From Phycisphaeraceae bacterium (lineage in GTDB: Bacteria; Planctomycetota; Phycisphaerae; Phycisphaerales; Phycisphaeraceae), in assembly GCA_963674705.1 (NCBI GenBank), contig OY771506.1, positions 5,312,001-5,376,000 on the forward strand: DNA of 64,000 nucleotides, in the 5' to 3' direction. The notes beneath the pieces are model-generated. The model saw only the letters and a list, made by a program, of their open reading frames with translations. It did no database searches and was not told the origin of the DNA. A program made the position numbers and the translations under genes. Shown here piece after piece: positions 52,098 through 62,718 of this stretch (positions within the stretch are counted from its first letter, which is position 1; every line of letters starts with the position of its first letter).

Positions 52098-52936
52098 GTC
52101 ATTGGCGCCGACGGCTTGCCGGCCCGAAACCGGCGTCGGCAAACGCGCGACCGAGCCCGGATCGGCTTACCCGACCGCACCCTGCTCGGTAGCGCTGATG
52201 AACACCATCGCCAACTCATGTCGTGCTGAAGCGCGATCCATTTGGGTCAACTCGCCCCCGGCCCCCCCCCGGCCCCCGGAAATCCGGACCTCCGGACCTT
52301 CATGTTCAGATGACATCGATCGGCCGGTTTCCGCCTAACCCCAAACGCACGCGGCCGCAAATCTTTCAATCACTAGATGCGACTTATCCACCACTCAACG
52401 GGCGCACGGCCCTGTCGTGATCGCGCCCCATGCGCACCAACACGGCCCAAACACCCCCCACTGCCCCCCTCATGCGCACGCCCCGACCCGCCCGACCCGT
52501 TCCAGCACGCCCCCCCAACAGACACAAGCAACCGCCCCGCGGTTGATGCCTACCAGATCACGCTGAACGTTTTGCTTGACGTGTACTATCGAAGTGAACA
52601 AACTCTGCCTTAAACCGTCCCGTCACAGACCGCTTTGTCAGATGGATTCAAAGATCGCTGATCTCTTATCCGCACGATTCAAGACCCGGCATTCCTGACC
52701 GCCAACATCGACACCCGAGGGCCTGAGCTTGGTTGTATGTTACTCACCTGCTCCGAACCCGCCATATCGGAGGTTAACACCGTTTCTTCTCCCGCACGCT
52801 GTACTCGCTATTTAGATAGTTTTATACCTCTCTGCTTGCATGCCCCCCGTACATCACGCTAACATGTGCACGATTGAAGCTATCTGGCAGCATATCTTTA
52901 ATTTGGAATATCTAGCACCTTTCAAGGGGGACGCAC

Positions 52937-55900
52937 ATGTCCACTGAGCGCCACCGTGTTGAAATGCCGTCAATCCTAGATCGGGAAATATCTAGCGATA
53001 ACTCAGATGCATTTGGACATCGTCATTTTGCTCTAGCTCTACGAAGCTTGATTGAATCTCCAACCCATATGCCACCTTATAGTATAGGCCTGCTTGGCAC
53101 TTGGGGTACTGGTAAAAGCACAATAAAGAGGCTCTATCTTGAAAATCTTCTTGACGATACAGAATGTGATACTTCTGGAAAGAAGCGATCAGATAAATGT
53201 CAAGTAGTAACATTTAATGCTTGGCGATACGGCGGGGATGATATGAAACGTGCCTTATTACGGCATGTATTTCTGGAACTGGGCGGAGATGACAGCACGT
53301 TAAGAGATGTTCTGTTTCGAAAGATTGAACGCACATTTACAGAGCGTCGTGAATGGCGTGATATTTGGGCCGATATTGCTGACCGATGGTTGTTTGGGCT
53401 TCTCCAAATCTTATTTCCATTCACTTTGGTTGCGATCTTTCTAATTTCACTCCCGATATTTTATCCTTCAATAAATGATGTCGTTTATGGCACCACAGTC
53501 GTGGCTGTAATGACAGCATTGGGGGTATCTCTTAAGCAGCTTCTCGCTACCGAGCGATTCTTGGTCAATCGCACAGCTCCAGTCAAGCGCATCGAATTGC
53601 CCCATACGTCTGCAGAACAATACGAAGACCTATTAATTGACCAGATAAATAAATACAAGACTAGTAAAGAAGGTAAATCGTGCGAACGATTGGTTGTCTT
53701 CGTAGATGATTTAGATCGTTTGTCTGCGGAGGAAATGGTAAGTGGCCTTGATGCTGTGCGCACATTTATGGAGATACCATCTGATCAGATAAAGACCGGT
53801 CTGGGTATTATCTTTATTATCTCCTGCGACGAAGATCGTGTGGCACAAGCAATATCTGGACGTCACCGACGACTTGGTGCAGATCTCCCCGCGACTGTTT
53901 TTAGCCATAGCGACGCGCGCAGATACTTGGATAGGATATTCCAGTTTCGATTGGAGATTCCTCCATTTCCAAAACGAGATATGCGAGAATATGCTACACA
54001 AAAGCTAAAGGAAGCTGCTCCCGAGATAATTTCATCGATCGATTCTAAGAATATATCCTTAGCCGATGTAATCGACCGAATGATACATCCTGGAGTAGAA
54101 AGTCCACGCAATGCATTGCAAATCGTCAATGCATTTATTCAAAGTTGGTGGATAGCTGAGCGTAGAGAACGAGAAGGAGCCGGCTCTGATAGAGCCGGCG
54201 CTCTGTCCGAAGGTGCAGTTACCGACCACCCAGCGTCTTTAGCCATCATGTCCGGCTTAAGAGTAAGTTTTCCTCAATTCTACGCTGACTTACAAGAAGA
54301 TGTGGAGCTATTAAACAGATTTGATCAAATTGTATTCCGCGGACAGCCATTGTCCGAGCAACCTATCACAATACAGCCGATTCTCAAACGATACTTAGAC
54401 AAAGAAGGTGTCGATTTTCAGGCGGAACACGCGTCACTACGCCAATTTTTATCGAGTATTCGTGGGCACCGCTGGCCACCTAGCTTGCAAGCGTTGCTGC
54501 TGCTTACACAAGACCCTTTGACACGCAGATATGGCGATCGTTCCATCAAACTTCACCAAGCATTTGTATCAGGTGATACGCGTGAGGTTCTTGCTCAACT
54601 AGGACGGGCTCATGACCCGAAACCACTTCAGGTAGCGGACGTGCAAAAACTCCGAGACCTGAATTCAGAGCTGTACCAAGACACAGATATTCACCGTAAT
54701 AATGCAGCGTTTGTTCTTGCAGAACTCGCTGATCGTTTGCCCGTGTCCGATGCTCATTTTTTAATGAGTCCACTTGCGCGCCGCCTTGCAGAATCCCCTG
54801 AATTACGATGGCGAGTGACAGTCTCCAAGATTCGAGCGATCTTAGAAACTGCATCAGAATCTGATCGACAGGATGTTGCTTCGGTATTGATAGATGATCT
54901 ACTTTTAATAGATGATCCAATCAAGTTTAATCTGGATACAGGTGAACCACCATCTCTAGGTGAAGCAGTAGAGATGGTTCGAGAAGCATGTGATCTCTTG
55001 TTATGGATTAGAAGTCAAGATGGGCTTGATGACATAGCAGATGCAAATCTCATGACGTGGCTACGTGATCGCCCGGTTAAGGTTGTAAGCAAACAATCGA
55101 GTCTGCCGTTCCACATTTTGGAGAATTGGATAATTGAATATGAGTCGGGTCTCTTGCCAGTATTTGGGCCTGTTTATGCAGAACTGGTAGTTGCGCAATT
55201 TGAAGCAGATGATCTCACCCAACTAAAGCACGGAGCAAATGACTCAATTGGGCGATTAAAGAAGGTGTTTGATGCGATGTACAACAAAGGCGAAGACACC
55301 CGACCGAGGCTTTGGGAACTCTTGCATCAGCTAGTGGGAGTACGTCATTTTCATGCAATGGAATTGGCGTACAGTGACTTTCTTACACGACTAAGAGACC
55401 CAAATGAACAGGCATTGTCTAATTTCGTGCTAGCATTTGCCAAACGACTAAATAACTATTCTGAGGGGTGGTCGTTTGAATCTGTGGAACCGGAGGAAAC
55501 TCTCCTCCGCATATTAGATGCGCGACGTAGCGACGTATTGGAAACTGTCCATAAGTCACTCATCGACCTATGTATAACATGGAGTAATACAGATGGGCTC
55601 TATGACCACGCTGTGCAATTGGCCGAACATTTGTCACATATCAGCAGTGATCTTGCGCATGCTGTTTTGGATGAGTGGTGTCCACGCATACTAGACGATC
55701 TCTCATCCTCTAGCATTAAATGGATTGCTAAGAACTTCAATGCAAAATTAAATGCAAAGAATCGGCAGGCTGTCACGACTGCATTACAACCCGTGCATAG
55801 CCCGGGGCAACCTTCTAAAATACAAGGAGATAGATACCGTATATTTGTTAATGCACTTGACGATACAGTACTACAGACACCCGAGTTACAGCAATTCTTT

Positions 55901-56983
55901 GGCGATGTACTCGCAGTAGTCGTACAGCGACAAGACAATCAGAATGACTACCTTAAGTACATATTCCCGGTTTTACCAAGTCGTTTGGCAAAACTACCAC
56001 AACCGGCTGTGGGAAGGATGTTACAGTCGCTATTTATTGGTTCTGCTAGCCATCCAAACATATATGGATGGCTCCATGGCCAGATGGCAGATTACTGGCC
56101 TCAGCAGTCAGCACAATTGGAAAAGTATCAGCCACAACAACTATTTAATCAAGCCCATCAGTTTCTTGTCAACCAACCCGCATATCCGGATGGTCCGAGT
56201 CTCTTAAAATCTCTATCTGGCATGATCCATCGTGGGGCTATTAACGAAACGGAAGAGAACCGGCTCATAGAACTTGCATTTAAACTCTGGCCATCCCATC
56301 AGACAGCCGCACACGATGTGCTCTCTAAGAGTAATGCTGACCTTCCTATTGAACATCTAGTTGCGATCATCGATTCGGTTGATATGAATGATACTGAGCA
56401 AATAGCACGATTGAAATCTTTATGGACCCATGCTTTCGAGGAACAAGATACTGATAGTAGGGTCGATATGACTCGTCAAATCCTTGCTCATAATGCAAAA
56501 GAATCCGATATATTAAAAGATGCTGCCTTGTCGATCTGGGTGGATTCTCTAAACGACGAAGCGTTTGTGGTGTTGAAGACCGTATTTCTAATCGCTGATA
56601 TGCCAGACCCACAACGCAGAAGAATATGGCTACAGATAGAGCGCATACGAGATAGTGTAGGACTGCGCGATATCGTGGAACTAATTCCAGAGATTACACA
56701 GAACAACGATGTTAGCGGAACTATAGAAGCGATAATCATTGCCAAGGATGAAATTACGGCGATGTGTAATAGCGCTGAAGAACGCCACATGCTTGGAGAG
56801 TCGCTAGCCAAAGCGATGATTTCTATATCATCAAGGGAAGTTAAAACGCAATTTATGAATTGGCTACGAACTCTTGGTGCATCTACTATTGCAAAGAATA
56901 TTCATGACTATGGAGACCCTAGTGAGGATGATATTGAGATCGTGATTAAAGCGTTTCCCGAACTGCGTAAGTCGTTCACATGA
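52937..56983 (+). CDS. KAP-family P-loop NTPase with long helical C-terminus
   Basis: DAFGH, GTWGTGKST, FNAWRY, two TMs, VFVDDLDRL, YLDRIFQ. Confidence 0.92.
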   Translation: MSTERHRVEMPSILDREISSDNSDAFGHRHFALALRSLIESPTHMPPYSIGLLGTWGTGKSTIKRLYLENLLDDTECDTSGKKRSDKCQVVTFNAWRYGGDDMKRALLRHVFLELGGDDSTLRDVLFRKIERTFTERREWRDIWADIADRWLFGLLQILFPFTLVAIFLISLPIFYPSINDVVYGTTVVAVMTALGVSLKQLLATERFLVNRTAPVKRIELPHTSAEQYEDLLIDQINKYKTSKEGKSCERLVVFVDDLDRLSAEEMVSGLDAVRTFMEIPSDQIKTGLGIIFIISCDEDRVAQAISGRHRRLGADLPATVFSHSDARRYLDRIFQFRLEIPPFPKRDMREYATQKLKEAAPEIISSIDSKNISLADVIDRMIHPGVESPRNALQIVNAFIQSWWIAERREREGAGSDRAGALSEGAVTDHPASLAIMSGLRVSFPQFYADLQEDVELLNRFDQIVFRGQPLSEQPITIQPILKRYLDKEGVDFQAEHASLRQFLSSIRGHRWPPSLQALLLLTQDPLTRRYGDRSIKLHQAFVSGDTREVLAQLGRAHDPKPLQVADVQKLRDLNSELYQDTDIHRNNAAFVLAELADRLPVSDAHFLMSPLARRLAESPELRWRVTVSKIRAILETASESDRQDVASVLIDDLLLIDDPIKFNLDTGEPPSLGEAVEMVREACDLLLWIRSQDGLDDIADANLMTWLRDRPVKVVSKQSSLPFHILENWIIEYESGLLPVFGPVYAELVVAQFEADDLTQLKHGANDSIGRLKKVFDAMYNKGEDTRPRLWELLHQLVGVRHFHAMELAYSDFLTRLRDPNEQALSNFVLAFAKRLNNYSEGWSFESVEPEETLLRILDARRSDVLETVHKSLIDLCITWSNTDGLYDHAVQLAEHLSHISSDLAHAVLDEWCPRILDDLSSSSIKWIAKNFNAKLNAKNRQAVTTALQPVHSPGQPSKIQGDRYRIFVNALDDTVLQTPELQQFFGDVLAVVVQRQDNQNDYLKYIFPVLPSRLAKLPQPAVGRMLQSLFIGSASHPNIYGWLHGQMADYWPQQSAQLEKYQPQQLFNQAHQFLVNQPAYPDGPSLLKSLSGMIHRGAINETEENRLIELAFKLWPSHQTAAHDVLSKSNADLPIEHLVAIIDSVDMNDTEQIARLKSLWTHAFEEQDTDSRVDMTRQILAHNAKESDILKDAALSIWVDSLNDEAFVVLKTVFLIADMPDPQRRRIWLQIERIRDSVGLRDIVELIPEITQNNDVSGTIEAIIIAKDEITAMCNSAEERHMLGESLAKAMISISSREVKTQFMNWLRTLGASTIAKNIHDYGDPSEDDIEIVIKAFPELRKSFT

Positions 56984-57088
56984 TGTTGATCTCCTTCTGA
57001 CCAATTTCTCCGGTTTGACATCTGACGTAGACCGCGCGAGTCTGCGACCAGCAAGAAGCATGGGCTCCCACTCCGGCATAGGGTGTGG

Positions 57089-57595
57089 TTAAGCGGAGCG
57101 CAACCCACCACGGATGCGGATTGGCTTGCCGCACTCGGGGCATGTAGCCGATCCCTTGCTGCCGCGCAGGTCGTAGCCACAGGCGGGGCAGTGACCGGGA
57201 GGATAACGTCGGTTAAACCTTGAATAGAGTGCCAGCATGGGCCACGGAGCAAGCACTGACATGATAATCCAAAAGGGTATCGGAGGAATCGGTATCTGAC
57301 CTTTGGTAATCGGCGCTTGCATCCACCAATACTGTTTCTTTGATTTACTGCTTTTTGCGGATCCGATGTTGATCCGAAGGCGTGCTGTCATGACATGGTC
57401 ATACTCTACGTACACTTCACCCACATACACGGTAAGTCTCACGACAGATTTCTGCGAAACCGGACAGACAATGTATGCAGATCGATAGCATGAACCGATC
57501 CACACAAAGCCGGTACAAATAGCTAGCACCGTTACGAATGCAAGCAGCACGCGCTTGATCCATCCGCGTTTCTTGCGCACCTGATTCATAACCAT
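57089..57595 (-). CDS. Hypothetical membrane protein with C-terminal zinc ribbon
   Basis: Two TMs; CPACGYDLRG..CPECG. Confidence 0.85.
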   Translation of the reverse strand: MVMNQVRKKRGWIKRVLLAFVTVLAICTGFVWIGSCYRSAYIVCPVSQKSVVRLTVYVGEVYVEYDHVMTARLRINIGSAKSSKSKKQYWWMQAPITKGQIPIPPIPFWIIMSVLAPWPMLALYSRFNRRYPPGHCPACGYDLRGSKGSATCPECGKPIRIRGGLRSA

Positions 57596-57642
57596 TAATC
57601 ATCGCGGTGGTCGCGCAGAGTGTCAATTAACCAGCCCTCCAA

Positions 57643-58250
57643 GCCGGGTGCCCGTCTTTGACCCGAAGCAAGCAGCGTGGGTTCCCGCTCCGGCGTAGGG
57701 GGTGGTTAAGCGGAGCGCTACCCACCACGGATGCGGTCTGGCTCGCACACTGCGATTGATCGCTGGCACGGATGTCCGGGCGGGGTCGGCCTCCGGACCT
57801 GCGGCGGGTTGATGGGATTGATTGAATGCGTGGATTCCCGCCTCCGCGGGAATGACGGAGGGGGGAACGGGGTCGGATATCTAAGTTGAGCGCGGAATGC
57901 TTCGCGTGTGGGCGTAAGGTATCCGGGGGCGGCCCTCACCCCGGCCCCCCCGGAAGTCTCCCAGGGGGAGAGGGAGAGTGTAGGTCCGGGCCTGCCCGGA
58001 CACGGATAACATCGGGATGCACTCATGGCCGGGCGGGCCCGGAGCTACGGTTGGTTGATGGGATTCATTGAGCGCGTGGATTCCCGTGTGCACGGGAATG
58101 ACGGTGAATACTGCGCGCGGGGGATCCGGGGGCAGCCCTCACCCCGGCCCTCTCCCAAGGGGAGAGGGGGAAAGTATGTATCGAGATTCGCGCAGAGCGT
58201 AAGGTATCCGGGGGGAGAGGGAGTAAGATCGCTTAAACGGGGTCGGACTT
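57643..58250. repeat. Mosaic of several REP families
   Basis: GTAG-type unit, two GGATTCCCG-N6-CGGGAATGAC units, two CCCTCACCCC..GGGAGAGGG units. Confidence 0.88.
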
Positions 58251-58289
58251 GTCTAGAATAGAAACTTGGTTTTGTTCGGCATTCGGCTA

Positions 58290-61200
58290 TCAATCGCGGA
58301 TCATGTTTCGTGGGACGGATACGTCGATGCGTTTGATGTCGCCTGTCCGGTTAAAGACGTTCTGTGATAAAGCCACCGGTAACGTGTCGCCGGCGATCTG
58401 CTGGGTTTGGTTGTTGCTGGTTGTTACGCAGATCGTGGCTGGGCCTTCGGCCAGGTGATAGATCACGGGGACCTGGCATATAGTAAAACCGATTGAACCT
58501 TCGGGCAGTTCGATGGCTTCGTTGCGGTTGGCGATATCGTAATACCTGAAGACCGATTCGATCTTAAGAAACTCGTCGGATTTAATCAGTCTTGGTGCAA
58601 AACGTATCGTGCCTTGTTTGATGATCAGGCCGAGTTCAGCGTGTCGGGTGATAATTTCTTCTTTGACCTGGCCGGTCATGCCGGGCTGGCGTGCGCCGGA
58701 GTGGCCGGTCGTGTGCGAGTAGGGATCGGTGGGGAATGCACCGTATTCGACGGGGGTTTTGTTGAAACCGAGGCCGCCACGTACATGATCGTAAGCATCG
58801 GCGAGCTTGGATATCGTCTGATCGTCCGCCCCCTGCTCTACCGCACGGAGATAGCTTTCCTGCACGGCCAGTAACAGCTTGGCAACCATGTGCCAATAGA
58901 TGCAGCCTAATCCTTCATAGCCATACATCGTGCCCGAACGACCCGTGAAGTATTTGTGATGATACACATGTTCAAACAAGTCCTTGATAAGCTGGGTATC
59001 GCTTTGAACAAGGGGACGCAATGATTCAGAACGAGCAACATCATCAAGCACTTTTTTGAGTTGCTTGGCTGTATTGATGTTGGTGGCGAATCGGTATTTG
59101 CCTTCCGCATCTTTATAGATGATGCGTTCGTCCTGTTGAGATAGCATCTCACGTAACAACGAAGATGCCTGGACCTTATTCGCAGGTGCAACATTCTTTT
59201 CGAGGAAGTCGGGCAGGACGCGGTTGGGGTACAGCATGTAACTGGATTGATCATCCCGGTACATGGCGCTGCCAGCCAGCGCATCCAGCAGGTTGATCGC
59301 CTGCTCGGTGCTCAATACCCCGCTGCTGAGCGCCGCCACCTGGCCCTCGAGCATTTCATACATATGGCTTAATGAAACAGCGTCACCAGACTGAGACAAT
59401 TCCATCAGGTTGTACGCATGGTACATACCGTCTTCGCGTTGGTTCTGCTTGATGCTGTGGTCGATGTACTGGAGCGTCAGTTCAAATAGTTGGTTGATCT
59501 GCTCAAGCTTCACAGAAGTCTTACCCGACAGGCCGTTTTCGTATAACGCCCGGCGATATGCATCGAACGCTGTGCCCAATTCATCCAGGAGTTTCTTACG
59601 CTCGGTATCGTCGACGCGGTTGTTATCGAGCACGGCTTTGCTTGCATCCAGTGCTGTGAATATGCGCGAAAGCCAGTCCACCACCTCGCCGGTAATACCG
59701 ACCGTATCTATATCCAGTTCGGCGAAGAGGTTTCGGCAGAAAGCGATGTATCGTCTCAGGTAACAGAGCGTGACGACGGACAACCCGTTGCCGACAAGCG
59801 CGTTGTTGGCGTCGTTCCATTCCGGGCGTTGCGTGTTCAGCCAGAGGCCACCATCCAGCACCAGGTTGCTCAATTTTGCAAGCGCAGGCACCAGTAACTT
59901 CTCGATCAGGCTGACATGCATGACCTGGCCATTGGCGTCGACAAGCAATCTGCCATCCGCGCCGACTTTCTTCACACGGTCCGACACGCGCTTACTTTGA
60001 TCGAAGTCAAACACGATCGTATCGTTGGGGTCTTCGAGTATTTGATCGTATGGCTTGATGCGATACGGGACATCGGCGTAGCTGAAGACGTTCTGCGTAA
60101 GCATCTTGCCGAGTTGATCGGGATAGTAGCCGTGCAGTTGTTCGAGCAGGCGAAGCAGGTAGACGATCTGGTGGTCCCCCCAGTAACCGATGTTGCTCCA
60201 GGGGTTGTCCGGCTCAACAACTTCCCAATCGATGCCGTCGCTGGTAATGCGATACGGGTTGTAACCATCGGCGGTGGAGGCGTTGACAAACTTGGCGATG
60301 ATGCTGGGCAGGAAGCCGGGGAAGCTGAGGCAGAGTGCTTCCCAGTTCTGGAAGATATCGCGCCAGTTGCCCTGGTATGCAAGGACGCGGTTGCCTTGCT
60401 CATCTTTAAGACGGATATCAAATTGATTCCACGGCCGGCTCGGGTCGCCATGGCGTCGGCTGAAGTAAAGCGGCAGGTATTCGTAACACAAGCGATGCAG
60501 GTCCGCGTCATTTGCATCAGAAACCTTCTGAAGCAGATCGTGGACGGGCAAGGTCTTGGGCAAATCTGAGAGGAAAGCCTGGTGACGATCCGCAACAGGT
60601 TTGTTCCGCGCTTCGATAAATCTTGCCAGATCAATACTGGTTATGTTGTAGTTATTGTTGAAAACGCCACCTCGCATGTTGTTGAACAAAACATTTGCGA
60701 AGTGATGAGCGGGCATCGTCCGCACGCCTGTCACCTGTAATCCGTCGGCGCTGGCGACATTACGACGGAGATTCTGATCGCCCGCCAGGCAATCCAGTTC
60801 GACCGCCTCGATGATGTTCTTGTCCTCGCGTAAAGTACGGCGCAGGTGTACGGTTTTCTTCTGATTCTGTTTAACATCAGCAACGATATGCCAGTGATGC
60901 AACTGACCGGGCCCGACGCTCAGCGTGGATTTAAGCAGGAACGCCGCTTTGCGTCCCTTCAGAACCGGCTCAGATCGCAGCGTTTTCTTGTAGCGGAATG
61001 CATCGAGCTGCTCGGGGCGCAGGTAGAGGCTCGGGTCTATGAGTCCCCTGCTCCACACCGTCGTCGCATACATGGTTTCGCCCGGCTCGGGGCGGTCGGT
61101 GATCATGGAGCTGAGCATGTAGATGCCTAACCCGGTGTCTTCATCGATCACGGAATGCTTGTAGGCATCGGCAAGGCAGTGGCGGTGCTGATGCGTCGTG

Positions 61201-61775
61201 GCGGTGATCCCGTAAGCGAGGATGTTACGCAGCCCGTCCATGATGGTGACCTGGACTTCGGCGTCACCCGAATTAGCCAGCGTTGCGCGTCGGACAAAGC
61301 CAAACGCTTCGCTGAAACTCCAGCGGTACCTGAACGCCATATCCAGGTCCTGATTGATCTCTTCAAAGATGATCGAGTTTTCGAGTTCACTCTTGTAAAG
61401 ATGTCGACGGACACGGTAATGGTCCGTGGATGCCTGGGTGAATGGTTCCCAAAGCGTCTGCCCCACTTCCGGGTGGTCTACCCAAATGGCGGTGCAGGGG
61501 CCGGTGTGGGTATGAGATTGATAGAGCTTGTCTTCTGAATCGTATGGGAACAGGGCAATATCGGGGTTTGCTCTGCCGGCGGTTATACCACCGAGGCTCG
61601 AGATGTACATCCAGTGATCCGAATCGCTGACGATACTCATCAGGAACGGGTCGAGCTGGTCGTAATCCTGAATGGAGTTATACGATTCACCATCGATGCG
61701 TGTGAATCGGCCGACCGGGACGTGATCCTTTTCATCGTGCAGCACCGGGTATGTGATGTTCTTCTCGCTCAGCAT
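58290..61775 (-). CDS. GH149-like beta-1,3-glucan phosphorylase
   Basis: 1161 aa; PFLMSIVSDSDHWMYISS..TAGR, FSRRHGDPSRPWN, GNWRDIFQNWEAL, RPEWNDANNAL. Confidence 0.82.
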   Translation of the reverse strand: MLSEKNITYPVLHDEKDHVPVGRFTRIDGESYNSIQDYDQLDPFLMSIVSDSDHWMYISSLGGITAGRANPDIALFPYDSEDKLYQSHTHTGPCTAIWVDHPEVGQTLWEPFTQASTDHYRVRRHLYKSELENSIIFEEINQDLDMAFRYRWSFSEAFGFVRRATLANSGDAEVQVTIMDGLRNILAYGITATTHQHRHCLADAYKHSVIDEDTGLGIYMLSSMITDRPEPGETMYATTVWSRGLIDPSLYLRPEQLDAFRYKKTLRSEPVLKGRKAAFLLKSTLSVGPGQLHHWHIVADVKQNQKKTVHLRRTLREDKNIIEAVELDCLAGDQNLRRNVASADGLQVTGVRTMPAHHFANVLFNNMRGGVFNNNYNITSIDLARFIEARNKPVADRHQAFLSDLPKTLPVHDLLQKVSDANDADLHRLCYEYLPLYFSRRHGDPSRPWNQFDIRLKDEQGNRVLAYQGNWRDIFQNWEALCLSFPGFLPSIIAKFVNASTADGYNPYRITSDGIDWEVVEPDNPWSNIGYWGDHQIVYLLRLLEQLHGYYPDQLGKMLTQNVFSYADVPYRIKPYDQILEDPNDTIVFDFDQSKRVSDRVKKVGADGRLLVDANGQVMHVSLIEKLLVPALAKLSNLVLDGGLWLNTQRPEWNDANNALVGNGLSVVTLCYLRRYIAFCRNLFAELDIDTVGITGEVVDWLSRIFTALDASKAVLDNNRVDDTERKKLLDELGTAFDAYRRALYENGLSGKTSVKLEQINQLFELTLQYIDHSIKQNQREDGMYHAYNLMELSQSGDAVSLSHMYEMLEGQVAALSSGVLSTEQAINLLDALAGSAMYRDDQSSYMLYPNRVLPDFLEKNVAPANKVQASSLLREMLSQQDERIIYKDAEGKYRFATNINTAKQLKKVLDDVARSESLRPLVQSDTQLIKDLFEHVYHHKYFTGRSGTMYGYEGLGCIYWHMVAKLLLAVQESYLRAVEQGADDQTISKLADAYDHVRGGLGFNKTPVEYGAFPTDPYSHTTGHSGARQPGMTGQVKEEIITRHAELGLIIKQGTIRFAPRLIKSDEFLKIESVFRYYDIANRNEAIELPEGSIGFTICQVPVIYHLAEGPATICVTTSNNQTQQIAGDTLPVALSQNVFNRTGDIKRIDVSVPRNMIRD

Positions 61776-61835
61776 TGCTATATCCTTAACTAATTAAACT
61801 CGATGCAATCTATCGCCCTGATGTACTGTTGTTGA

Positions 61836-62711
61836 CTAACCCTTAACCGCTCCGGAGGTCAGGCCGGAGAGGAATTCCTTTTGCAGCAACAGGAACAGAA
61901 CCAGAACCGGCAGGATGGAAACAACCGTTCCTGCCATGATTAATCCATAATCGGTGCCGTACACGCCGCGCAATTGGTTGATGGCTACCGCCAGGGGCAT
62001 CTTCTCGGGGGATTGAAGCACTATCTGCGCCCCAATGAAGTTGTTCCATGCTCCCAGGAATGTCAACAGCAGGAAGGCGCCCATCATGGGGCGGATCAAC
62101 GGCAAGACGAACATGAAGAATATCTTGATCTCGCCACAGCCGTCGATACGTGCCGACTCGAGCATTTCATTGGGGACGGCGTTGACCGTCGCTTGCCTGA
62201 ACAGATACACCCCGAACGCGGGTGCGAGCCCGGGCAGGATCAGGCCTGAGTAACTATCCAGAAGGCCGAACCAGTACAGCAGCTGGTAATTCGGCGCCAA
62301 AAGCAACGCCCCGGGCACGACAAGTGCCGCCAGCACGAGCTTGGTGATACTTTCTCTTCCCTTGAAGTTGAACTTAGCCAGTGCATAACCACTCGTCGCT
62401 GCAAAGAGTGTCGCCAACACGCCGCTGACGGAAGCGAAAAACGTCGAGTTCAGGATCGGCCTGCCAAAACCCTCCTCGGCAAAGAGACGCTGGAAGTGGT
62501 CGAAGTTGAGTTTGTCCCAGGCGACGCCGAAGAGGCCGTCACCCGCGGGCAGGAACAGGTCGTCAAAGAAGATCTCGGATGGTTTAAGCGAAGCACACAG
62601 CAGGTAAGCGAACGGGATGAGTGTGATCAATGCGCAGAAAATCAACGCGGTATACAGCACGATGTATAGCAACACGGAATTGAACTTCTTGTTGTTGCCG
62701 GTTGACTCCAT
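61836..62711 (-). CDS. Carbohydrate ABC transporter permease (MalG-like)
   Basis: ESARIDG EAA loop; GLTSGAVKG tail; AGGAG before ATG 62711. Confidence 0.95.
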   Translation of the reverse strand: MESTGNNKKFNSVLLYIVLYTALIFCALITLIPFAYLLCASLKPSEIFFDDLFLPAGDGLFGVAWDKLNFDHFQRLFAEEGFGRPILNSTFFASVSGVLATLFAATSGYALAKFNFKGRESITKLVLAALVVPGALLLAPNYQLLYWFGLLDSYSGLILPGLAPAFGVYLFRQATVNAVPNEMLESARIDGCGEIKIFFMFVLPLIRPMMGAFLLLTFLGAWNNFIGAQIVLQSPEKMPLAVAINQLRGVYGTDYGLIMAGTVVSILPVLVLFLLLQKEFLSGLTSGAVKG

Positions 62712-62718
62712 CACGCTC

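Noticed and set aside
57010..57095. attC-like site (GCTTAAC containing the stop codon of the 57089 gene)
   Set aside because: No matching GTTRRRY at a suitable distance and no intI; explained by the GTAG-type REP
52021..58290. Prophage or ICE integrated at tRNA-Ser
   Set aside because: No integrase, phage or conjugation genes, and no repeat of the tRNA 3' end seen
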